Assembly (NCBI GenBank): GCA_043228905.1
Contig: JBHGNT010000022.1
Span: forward strand, 11,842,001-11,906,000
Source of the DNA: Azolla caroliniana
Lineage: Eukaryota; Plantae; Polypodiophyta
Reading direction: 5' to 3'
Length of the DNA stretch: 64,000 nucleotides
Shown here: positions 24,425 to 35,800 of the stretch, piece by piece
Layout: every line of letters begins with the position of its first letter
Position numbering within the stretch: the first letter of the stretch is position 1
The notes under the pieces: generated by a model
What the model was told of the DNA's origin: nothing
The model's input: the letters and a program-made list of their open reading frames with translations, nothing else
Databases searched by the model: none
Translations under genes and position numbers: made by a program

Positions 24425-24773
24425 TGTCACGGACACACCAAGCGCGGACTAAGACAGAGCACGGATGATGAGGCTACGACGGAGCGATGACGGAATGACA
24501 CAAGAGCATAAAGGTAGAGATGAAGATTAACGAGAGAAGATGGGCGAAGTGAGAATACTAGATTGATATGTCCATGACTGGCGTTGTTCACCTTGAATTC
24601 CTTCAAGGTGAACTCAACTATTTATACTAAGTGGCATGCATACCTGTTGCACACATGTGATACAATAGAGCACGTAGGCAATAGGTACGCATGCATGTGC
24701 CAAGTGTAAATACTACAACGGAGAAATTATGCACATGATGCAAGCTAAAACCCACAATGAGGAATACATGATT
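24425..24773. mobile_element. Partial LTR of the same family as the solo LTR at 30909-31335 (opposite orientation), cut by copia D
   Basis: Starts TGTCACGGACACACCAAGCGCGGAC, the reverse complement of ~31310-31335; homology runs until the copia D LTR begins. Confidence 0.82.
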
Positions 24774-26762
24774 TGTTGAGAGACAAGCTCAACATCGGCC
24801 GGATCGGCTGAAGAAGCCGAGGACCGGATCGGTTGGGACCGATCGGTTAGGCCGTTAGGAAAGATATTCCGTGAGGAATATATTTGGGAGTTAGTGTAGG
24901 AGCTCTTAATGAGCATTGAAGTACTGTTAGTACTTCGGTCAGTCCTTCTAGGACTTGTACAAAGTGTTCATTGAACACATATATGTATTGTCTTTGTTTT
25001 TTGTCTTTCAAAATATACATATTCTCTCTCTCGGTCTCTCCCGCGTATACTGTGTAAGCTCAAGCTCTCAATTAAACCTTAGTGTTCTTCCTTCTGTTCG
25101 GTCTTTATACTTGCTTCCGCACGCCACTTTTTACATGGTATTAGAGCGCGAGGGTTGAGAACCTCTCTGCAGCCGACACAGCTTGACGAAGAAGAACAAG
25201 AAGAACGATGGATACAGGCATGGCGAGCTCGCTTCCAACAGAGAAGCTCGACAGAACCAACTACGCGTCTTGGTCCTACAAGATGCACCAATACCTGCTC
25301 AGGCATGGCTACTGGAGTTATGTCGAAGGAGCTAATGACGCGGCACCCAAATCGACACATAGAGACTTCCCTTCATGGGAGCAATCGACGAGCAAGGTAT
25401 TATACTGCTTCGCATCGTGTGTGGGCGAACAGCTATTGAGCTATGTTCGGGATGCAAAGACGCCGAAGGGTGCGTGGGAAAATCTGAAGAAGATTTTCAC
25501 CGCGAGCACCACAGCCAGGAAGCTTCAGCTCCGACAGGAGTTGAGCAACCTACGACAACGCGACTTGTCGGTGGCGGACTATACCTCGAAGATCAAGGAT
25601 ATCTGCGACTCCCTCGCCTCCATAGAGGTGAACATCGAGGAGAGCGAGATGGTCCAAATTTGTCTCGGAGGTTTGGTGTCGAAGTTCGGAGCGTTCCGAA
25701 CGGCTGTGTGTACCCGGGAGAATATGTCGTCCTTTTTCGACTTACAGTTGATGCTCCTGGTAGAGGAGAACCATGCGGGTGCGTCCACAAGCACGCACAC
25801 CGATAGCAGAATGTTGTACACGGAGGGAGATAGGCCCCGTGGACGTGGAGGACGAGGCGAGTCGGCGCGCAATGGAGGCGGCCGACGAGATCAAGGAAGA
25901 AGGCACCGAAGTGATGCCGACAGCAACTCTGGACCCTCCGGAAACATGGGGAATCGAAGCGATGAGAACCGGCAAGGGAAGGCAATCGCGGTGTGCTGGT
26001 ACTGTGGCAAGAAAGGCCACAGGGAAAGTGAGTGTTGGAAGAAGCGTGCCGATTCGGAGAGAACCGGTTCCGGAAACGGCTCCGGACATACCGACAAGGG
26101 AAATCGGCAGCGATCGCACTACGCCGAAGACTCCGGGAGAGCCGGAGAAGGGTCTTTCTTCGTGACGAGACACAAAGCAAACTCAATGAAACGAACCACC
26201 CCGACATCGGACGAGGTATGGTACGTAGACTCCGGCACGTCAAACCACATGACGAGCCATAAGGAGTGGTTCTCGTACCTTGAAAAACCGATACAACCTG
26301 GAGTAGTCGCAACTGGAGACGATACTCCGCATCCAATCGCGAATGTCGGAGAAGTTCCCCTTAGTCATGTCGGGCAGAAAGGGAAACTCATGAACGTGTT
26401 GCACGTTCCGACAATCACGAAAAACTTGGTCTCGGTCGGATAGATCGTCGACCAGGGATGGAGGTTCGGTTTACACACCTCAGGTGCTTCATTGAGGAAG
26501 AAGGTCGTGTGATTGCGCAAGGGCGTAGAGACGGGAGGATGTTCATCCTCGATTCCACTGACGGCGGCACCGCAATGTTTGCGAAGGGACAAAAATCCGA
26601 GTCGGACATCGACTTGTGGCACAAGCGGATAGGCCACGTCAACCACCAATGGCTTCAAGATCTGCAATCGAAACAGGTAGTGTTCGGATTGCCCAAATTT
26701 AGTGGCCGAAAGGCACAAATTTGTGAAGCCTGCCAGCTCGGGAAGCAACACCGACTTCCTTT
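24774..26762 (+). mobile_element. Ty1/copia element D (same lineage as B), 3'-truncated
   Basis: 5' LTR 24774-25135 (TGTTGAG...TTACA); PBS TGGTATTAGAGC 25136-25147; gag/zinc knuckle (CWYCGKKGHRESEC)/protease ORF 25208-26443 ending in a premature TAG; GAG-pre-integrase LWHKRIGH...CEAC to ~26762. Confidence 0.9.
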
Positions 26763-27336
26763 TCTGAAGGGTTCTAGAATTATTCTCCAAAATATTCTCA
26801 AGAATATTCTAATGCATGTACTTCAACTCACATTATAAATACTTGTAACCTCCTTGGTCCCTTTCAAGGGATTCAACACCAGCCATTTACACATCAATCT
26901 AGTATTCTTGTTCCATTCCATCTTCACCCAACCATCGTCGTCATCAACACTACTTGTCATCATTTTTAGGTATCATTTTGCATCGCGGTTTTGGTGAGGA
27001 GGGCTTTCGATCGCTCACCTTCCCAGTTCCAGTGGGGGTCACAACCGTTCACTTTCCTGGTGGGGATTGGATTATTCCTCGCTTGCACTGCATTTTTGTT
27101 ATAGTTCAAGTCTCGCGCCACTTTCTGTTGGCGAGGACGATTTTGATCGCTCACCTTTTAGTTTTAGTGGGGGTCACAACCGCTCATATTATTGGCGAGG
27201 ATCGTGTGGGTTTCTCGCTAGGGCTACCGTTTGTGCCGTGTCTTGGGTCAACCTCGACTATTTACCCACTCATAATAGAAGAAGTCGAGTTGACCGCTTC
27301 ACTTGCACTCCTTCGCATGTTGTTGTTTAGCTCTCT

Positions 27337-27865
27337 GTGAGGGCCGCATGGTCGCTCACGCCCGTTCGTGTTTTTGATGAGGACCGCACATGGTCACTCA
27401 CGTTCCAGTTCCCGATGAGAGCCACATGGTCGCTCATGTCCGTTCATGTTCCAGTTCTTCTCAGTGAGGGCCGCATTGTCGCTCATTCCCGTTCGTGTTT
27501 TCGATGAGGACTGCACATGGTCGCTCACGTTCTAGTTCCCGATGAGGGCCACACATGGGCGTTCACTCTCGTTCATGTTCCAGTCTTCAGTGAGGACCGC
27601 ATTGTCGTTCATTCCCGTTCGTGTTTTCGGTGAGGACCGCACATGATCACTCACGCCCATTTTTGTTCCAGTTCCAGTTCCCAAATAGGATTGGACATGG
27701 TCTCTCACGCCCGTTCGTATTCCAGTTCCAGTTCCCGGTGAGGACCGCACATGGTCACTCACGTCCGTTGGTGTTCCAGTTCCAGTTCCCGGTGAGGACC
27801 GCACATGGTCACTCGCGTCCGTTGGTGTTCATGTTTCCAATGAGGACAACATATGGTTTCTCACT
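27337..27865. repeat. Imperfect 40-60 bp tandem repeat array
   Basis: About ten copies of gaggaccgcacatggtcactcacg...ttccagttcc; read as RSSPGTGTG repeats on the minus strand. Confidence 0.8.
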
Positions 27866-27949
27866 CCCACAACTTCTCGTTCACCCCTACATCGTACTTT
27901 TGAAAAGGCGGCAAAGGCGAAGATAATGTCACATACATGACAACAGTTA

Positions 27950-28304
27950 TGTCAAGATTTGAACTCTTGACCTCTTGTATTATTGTCAAGTGTTATATTG
28001 TAACCAACACATCCAAGTACATAATCCTGCTACACATTCTAGGAGTTTTTAGAAAGTTCTAGAACTAGAAGGTTCTAGAGGGTTCTAGAATATTCTCCAA
28101 AATATTCTAATGCATGTACTTCAACTCACAATATAAATACTTGTAACCTCCACACTAGTTATTCTTGTTCCATTCCATCTTGTCTCATTCTTCATCTCTG
28201 TCTTCATGCTCTCATGTTCTTCATTTAATATCGGTTGTAGCCTCATCACTCATAGTCTCATCATCTGTGTTTCGTCTTAGTCCGCGCTTGGTGTGTTTGT
28301 GATA
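27950..28304. mobile_element. LTR related to the 30909-31335 family; a partial copy lies at ~26765-26852
   Basis: Starts TGTCAAGATTTGAACTCTTGAC and ends gtcttagtccgcgcttggtgtgtttgtgata like the solo LTR. The ttctagaa/ataaatacttgtaacctcc core is repeated at 26765-26852. Confidence 0.65.
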
Positions 28305-28969
28305 GTACGTGTGAAATTGAGTAGCGACTCTTGATGTTCAAGAACTTTGCCAATGAATGTTGCAATTGAGAGTGCACATTGTAGTTGTGAAAGAAATTCG
28401 TGCAAGGATTGGGTTTGGGGGATTTTATGGCTGAATCTCAATATCATGGTGAACCATCCATGGAAAATTATGCCAAAGGGGAAAATAAAGAAGATTTTGA
28501 GAAGAATAAATTGTCATCTCAACAGTTGATATGGTCGTGGATAAAGCAACATCTCATGGGTTAGAGTGAGATTCTAAAGTTCATGGTAATGTCAGATGAG
28601 TACGTACTAATAAAGATATAGATGTTGAAGATGAAGAGTGGCATCGAGTGAAGTATAAGATAGAAGGGAAGGGTGTTGCCATCCAAAGAGACACAAAAAG
28701 TACTAATGGTGAGGCAATATCAATAGATAAATCGAGAATGGATGAGGGCTTTAAGAAAAATTCTTGGTAGAAACAATATAAAATTAGAGATTGTCTAACT
28801 AGTTACAATTTGATTCTTCAGAAAGGGTGGTGCAACCTCAATTCCAAGGACTTCGTACTTGTGGGGCTAGACAACAAAATTCTATAATTGGTGGAGGGGA
28901 TGTAGTACACACAAATCCTTATGCAACTCTTGAACAAATAGTTAGCACATTTATGAATACACTTGCTCA

Positions 28970-29760
28970 TAAAGAGCAAATTCTTACTAAAGATGTTTAA
29001 TGAAAGTGAGGGACACCTCATAAGAAATATATCTTATGGAAAATTTTATTTGATAAAGAATGGGATGTTTTATGTGTAGTTAAACATAGGTGTCAGATTT
29101 AGCATGATCTCTATTACATATGCGTGGATATTCCAGATATTATATAGGTCAATCATCACATCAATATTCAAGTGTAGTCATGATTGTTCGTGAATTGTTT
29201 TGTCCACATATAGTCTATAATGATCTTGGATATGGACATTTTTTGGTGATGGAAGTTAGGTATTTTAAGGTTTTGGTATGGTTGGTAGGAATTTATTCAC
29301 CCAACAATGCTAATCAACACAATGAGTTGTGGTCTTCTATGTATCCAAGGTTATCAATGGGTCGTGTTGGTTTGTTAATGGTAAATTTAATATGTGTCTC
29401 GATGCATCACAATGTACTTCATAATTCTCATTGATGGATTCTCTTGATCAATTTGAGACAAATTGACATCAACGGTTTTGAAGTCAAATGTATGTAAATG
29501 GTTGCATCAAGATGAGGTTGAGTTTACATTTTAGTCTATGAAATATAAGGAAACATGGAGTAGGTTGGATAGAATGTATGTTACATGCATGATAAGCCCT
29601 TTTTGCCAAAGATGCTTAATATGTCAATTGTGCAAGAGGTTGTGACTTCGGATCATTTTCCCATATGTTTGAGTTTAATAAACCTAGGTAGATATGTACG
29701 AAACATTGCTTGATCGAGTTCCTTTGAGGTTTAATTCATCTTTATTATTTCATTCCATAT
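28970..29760 (+). mobile_element. Degenerate LINE ORF2 AP-endonuclease region
   Basis: Frameshifted fragments WDVLCV, LVGIYSPN, TWSRLDRMYV (~29552-29583) and TSDHFPI (~29645-29665) are canonical L1 endonuclease motifs. Confidence 0.75.
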
Positions 29761-30108
29761 TTGATAACTATATGTAACACATTTTTGGCATGTTTTCAAA
29801 ACAGATTAATTCAAAAGGATGACATGCATGGGATACAACATTACAAAACATTAATGATATTCACCGTATGTATGGTATTCACCATATATATGGTATGACT
29901 AATGCTAGAGAGAGAGTCAAGAAGGCACACAAAAAAGTAATTGTCTATTATAAACCTTGGCTTAAACTACTTATAAAGTTTAAATATTCATTTTCATGTG
30001 AAACGCCCATAAAAATTATACACTTCAAATGACATGCCAAAATTTTATTTTCCATGTCATATATATTATATGTATATATGTCACATATTATTATATAAAT
30101 ATATATAC

Positions 30109-32046
30109 GTACTATGTACTACCTCGTCACTATTTGGGGGAGAAACATTAAATAGGTGAAGCCCGTGAATCTAGAGCTTGGATGGCCCTAAACTCGTCTC
30201 GGACATCGTAGATGATCGGAGCCGTCCAATATTTTAGATGCAAGGAAAAACAAAAAGAAGATAGATAAAGTAAAAAATAGAAAAAAAGGAGAGGGAGAGA
30301 GAATGTAACTTTTGGAGGGAAATTTTGAATCTTTTCTCTCTCTCTCTTTCCTCTCTGCTTGCTCTCTTCTACACGTTTTCTCTCTCCGTTTCATCTTTGC
30401 GTGCTCTCTCGCTCTCTCTGTCTCTTGTGGGTAAAAAACCAAGTAAGATCTTTTATTTATTTATCGCCATGTTTATCTTGTGCCACTTTTATATGTTTGT
30501 ATCCCAGACATGTTGTTTTTGTTCCATTGTTAGGGTGAGGTTTCTCTTAAGCATCTTGTTCACTTAGACTAATGTTCTTATCAACATTGTGCAAGGTCAG
30601 CTCTTAACTCTTGTGGAGTATTTTGTTCTCCTATATCGTGCTCTTCTTCCGGAATATGGGAGTCTTTTCTCATCATTGACAACTGGTCTATATCTGACAT
30701 TTAAGGTGACATATGTATTGGAAAAGGTATAATTTCTTGTGGGTGGAACAACAACAAAGGATGTGACTTTCTAAAGTGCTCACAAGTGGGTAAAAAACCA
30801 GGTATTTGGTATTTTTATCTTTGCCTTTTGGTATAGCCATAGCCATAGCTATATATATTTTTTTAGATACAAAGATCAAACACTTGGAATAAAAGATTTG
30901 AAGCTTAGTGTCAAGATTCGAACTCTTGACATAACCATGTTGTAATCGAGTGTTATGTGTTAACCACATATCTAGCATATAATCACATATATACTTCCTC
31001 ATTTTAGGTTTTAGCTAGCATCATGTGCATAATTCCTCCCTTGTATTATTTACACTTGGCACATGTATGCGTACCTACTGCCTACATGCTCTATTGTATC
31101 ACATGAGTGCAACATGTACGCATGCCACTTAGTATAAATAGTTGAGTTCACCTTGAAGGAATTCAAGGTGAACAACGTCAGTCATGGACATATCAATCTA
31201 GTATTCTCGTTTCGCCCAATCTTGTCTCCTTAATCATCATCTCTATCTTTATGCTCTTGTGTCATTCCGTCATCGCTCCGTCGTAACCTCATCATCCGTG
31301 CTTCGTCTTAGTCCGCGCTTGGTGTGTCCGTGACACTTAGATTACATATCTAAGTAGATCTATAGAATGAGTTATCTCTTTATCTCCTAGATGACATGTT
31401 TGCTGGATTTACAATCCCTTTTAGGAACTTGTTGAAACTGACACATGTGATCCCATACATGAATGTTGGGTTGATGATTTTTTCCACTTGTCTATAATTG
31501 TAGGATTAAATTAACCATGGTGTTTCCAATAGGAAATTGACCCTTCATCATATCTGTCGAGTCCACCTCTACATCTCAAGTAAGTTCTCCGCCCAACTTT
31601 AAATTTCTAAGTTGAAGTGTGGACTATCATTCTATGTTGAAGGTATGACTATCATTCTAAGTTGAAGTGTGGTTTTTTACCCACTTTCGAGCTCTTCAGA
31701 AAGTCGCATCCTTTGTTGTTGTTCCACCCACGAGAAATTATACCTTTTCCAATACATATGTCACTTTAAATGTTAGATATAGACCAGTTGTCAATGATGA
31801 GAAAAGACTCCCATATTCCGGAAGAAGAGCATGATATAGGAGAACAAAATACTCCACAAGAGTTAAGAGTTGACCCTTCACAAGGTTAATAAGAACATTA
31901 GACTAAGTGAACAAGATGCTTAAGAGAAACCTCACCCTAAAAATGGAACAAAAACATGTCTGGGATACAAACATATAAGTGGCACAAGATAAACATGGTG
32001 ATAAATAAATAAAAGATCTTACCTGGTTTTTTACCCATGAGAGACA

Positions 32047-32093
<47 letters not shown>

Positions 32094-32321
32094 CAAAATT
32101 TCCCTCTAGAAGTTACATTCTCTCTCCCTCTCTCTCTCTCTCCTTTTTTTCTATTTTTTACTTTATCTATCTTCTTTTTGTTTTTCTCTACATCTAAAAT
32201 ATTGGACGGCTCCGATCGTCTACGATTTCCGAGAAGAGTTGAGGGCCGTCCAAGCCCTAGATTCACGGGCTTCACCTATTTAATGTTTCTCCCCCAAATA
32301 GTGACGAGGTGTACATAGTAC
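30109..32321. mobile_element. Long-TIR foldback (MULE-like) non-coding element
   Basis: About 650-690 bp inverted arms, 30109-30800 and 31670-32321 (acctcgtcactatttgggggagaaac... / ...gtttctcccccaaatagtgacgaggt). No transposase; TSD not resolved. Confidence 0.8.
30909..31335. mobile_element. Solo LTR
   Basis: TGTCA...TGACA termini flanked by a perfect 5-bp TSD CTTAG (30904-30908, 31336-31340). Confidence 0.9.
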
Positions 32322-32829
32322 TATGTACTATTAATTGTGTGTAATGATATATGTTTTTATATTATATGTTTTTTTTCCCAAAAAATATATGTTTTTCGGA
32401 ACAAGTTTAAAATAATATCATCATCATGTAATAATAATATATATTCTCAAATCTTTATTTTGTACTAATAATATTAGTTGAAATTTTAAACAATAATCTT
32501 TATTAAATACTTTAAGAGTGTAAACTCTAGGCTTCATTTTAATGTTTACGTTTTAAGTTAAAACTATTTTTTTTATTAACCTTTGTTTTCATACTTCTTA
32601 GTAAAAACATTAACAAGATATTATTTATTTTATGTATTTCATTATCATCTTTGTGAGGTAGTTATGCTAAATTGTGTACCTTTTATAGTAATGACATGTA
32701 TAACAATGTAGCATTACATAGACTCTAGACCTTTTCCTTTTTAAAATTTGTATGTCAAATGACATGTAGTTTTTGCAATTTTATGTCATATGACATACAT
32801 CTTTAAAAAATGCCCGTAAAAACACTTTG

Positions 32830-35800
32830 ATACTAACCCGTCAAATCTAGGCCCTGACTCCATACCTTCCTTTTTTATGTATAGCCTTAAATTCCAATCA
32901 ATGTGCCTTTTTAGTATAGCCTTCTTTCTATAGCCTTCCAAACACAACGTGCCAATGATTGTATGTACCATCAAACTATGTGATCAAGTATTCACGAATC
33001 ATAAGAAGAAGACAAAACCCTATATGGACACGTGTATATTCTACATATCTATCTATATGTATATAATATAGAATCTTCCCACTTTATATAATTGGAGACA
33101 CATCCCACACCTATATACTAACTAATGCCATAATTGTAATGTGTGATATCATATATTCATGTGTGTGTGTGTGTGTGTGTGTGTTGGTTGTCGCATGTCA
33201 ACAACTCATATCTAGCGTGATAAATTGACATATTCGCATTTGTGGGGTTTCCCATTTGAATGCAAACGAATATGCATACAAATGCATGGTCAAGTATTCG
33301 TTGAACCCAACAACAAAAAAACTTCATTATTTAGTTTCTTAGGATAAAAAAAAAGGGACTTGACAATAAAAAGGGACATTAAAAGAGGAACTTTTTTATA
33401 ATAAACGTAAAAGTATTTGTTTTATTTTTAATAAATAAATAAAATAAAATAAAGGGTCATTAACTCCTCACTTTTTATTCTCTCAAAATTTATGGATATT
33501 TTATTTTTATCTTGTCATTAAAAATTGGACTTTACACTAATCATATTTCTATAATAAATATAAAAATATTCGATTTTTTTAAAATGAATTATTTAAAATA
33601 AAGGTTCATAAACACTCCCCTTTTTTATTTGACACTGTAAAGGAGAGTTAATACTAATCATTTTTTTATAATCTATTAATGAATGACGGTTCTCTTTTTA
33701 GTGAATTAAATTTATTTTAAATAAATAAATATTTTGTATATTAATGTTGCAAAACGAATGGTTTTATAATATTCTTGGGGCCATTTCGTATTCTCGAATA
33801 TTAAGAATATCACACATTAAGAATATAGAGAATATTGTGCATGTGTCAATCTATGTGTGGCGTACATCCACATGTGAAAACGAGACATCATGCATATTGA
33901 AACTCATACATGATGCAAAATTCAAATAATGATTATAGATGTGATGCCATATTCTTGGCTCCTCTTTTCATTATAGATATCCCATGTGAAAAGACCAATA
34001 TCTCATGCTTGTGCCACTACCCACCATATTGATGGAGAAGCTACTAATGTCAAATAAATAAATAGATAAAAGTATGCTCAACGTAAACCATTCATACCCA
34101 TCAGCAATGTGAATTAATATGTTACTTGAAAATAAATCTGAGAGAGGTGGTGCACATTTTGAACCTTCACAATGATGGAGAAGCATGAAATCACATGATC
34201 AAGTATAAAAAACCGAGATTATAATTGGGCAAAACAATAAGATCATCTATGTAGTGAAGATGAAATGTTGTGATAGAAGTTGATGGAGAGCCTTTCCTAA
34301 ACCAAAAATTGGGAACTCATGAACAAGCATGCAACACAAACTATGGCACTAGTGACACTAAAAATTACGTCTAGTTGGTATAGTAGAGCATATACTGTCA
34401 TGAAGATTTCACCTTAGGAAAGATAGTGACATATTCGGAGCTTGGTTTTGACCTCCAAGCGAAAAGTTGTGAGATCATATGTTAACTTCGGACAGCAAGA
34501 ATTGAACATGCTACATTGACCAAAGTACACATCCATCGACCAGAGGACATTCAAAAGGGGGAGGGCTACTTCGAAACTCTACCCATGAGTCATGACCAGT
34601 GTTGAGTAAAGTTTTTAATCCGTATCACAAATTTTCCTACTTTTGATTAACCTAACTAGATTTTAAAAAATTTAATTGGCCATTTTTCTATCAATGTTCA
34701 TGTCATTTGGAACTTCTTGAATTTTTTTAAAAAAATCATCACATACCAAATTCTATAGCATGAACATTCAATACAAATTTTACAATAGATATAATATTGA
34801 GAACATTGGTAACTAAGTAAACCATTGACAAAATTTTACTATACAATATTGAAACATCACATACTGATACCATATTGAAACAAAAATACTAGATTGACCA
34901 ATAGATATAATGAACATCAAATGCCATATTGAAACACAAATACCATGTTAAAATATGGCATGTCATATTGAAACATCACATACCAAAATCGTAGAACATT
35001 TATATCTAATTATCTTAGCAAGAGAGAACCAAGTCATTCATTGCATGGGGAGATTCCAAAACATATTAGATAAAATTTCCAAAATTTCGATCTACATCTT
35101 TTATGAAGTTCGCAATGTCATCATCATCATGAGAAGTTATTGTGGAAATATGAGACCATGCTTTGCTTCACCACAACAAAATTTAGGCACTGAAGTCATG
35201 TTCTTCTAGATTAGGTCCTTCGATAGATATTTATATCAATGTATCTACCACATTGCTTTTTAGTCTATTTCTAAACCTATTCTTTGCTAGATTTAAGCAA
35301 CTAAATCCTCTCTCACATGGTAATATAGAAGAGTATCGAATTAACCCTAGCAATGAAAGCTTTAAAACCGTGGATAACTTTTCTTTTCACACATAATTAC
35401 AATTTATCATATACCCAAACATCTAAAAAATCTCTTCCTAGCCATTCTATGGTAGCTTTCTTTCCTTCGTTGTGTTCGTCAAAATTTTCATTCTTCGCCA
35501 TCTTTGTCGAAATTTTCGTTGTCTTCTCTTCCCAATTTTAGAATTTGAAGCCCAAAAAATCTTTGTTTTCCTTGTTTGTCCACGGAATTTTTTAACATGG
35601 ATTTGCAAGAGATATTTAAAAGTATATATATTAAAAATTATAAATGATAGTAAATTCTTGAGAATGAGTGTTGGTGTAGGGTCATGGAGATAGAGAGAAC
35701 GAAAGCATTTTGCTTTGATGGATATGGTTTTGTTGGTGTTGGTGTAGGGTTATGGAGATAAAGAGAACAAGAGCTGCTTGCTTTGATGGATATAGTTGTT

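Noticed and set aside
27337-27865. Repeat-spacer-like pattern
   Set aside because: Intervening sequences are themselves related and the repeats are degenerate; this is a tandem repeat in eukaryotic TE context.
30128-32305. CACTA transposon (CACTA...TAGTG in the foldback arms)
   Set aside because: The inverted homology extends beyond the CACTA motif, so it is not terminal, and there is no 3-bp TSD.
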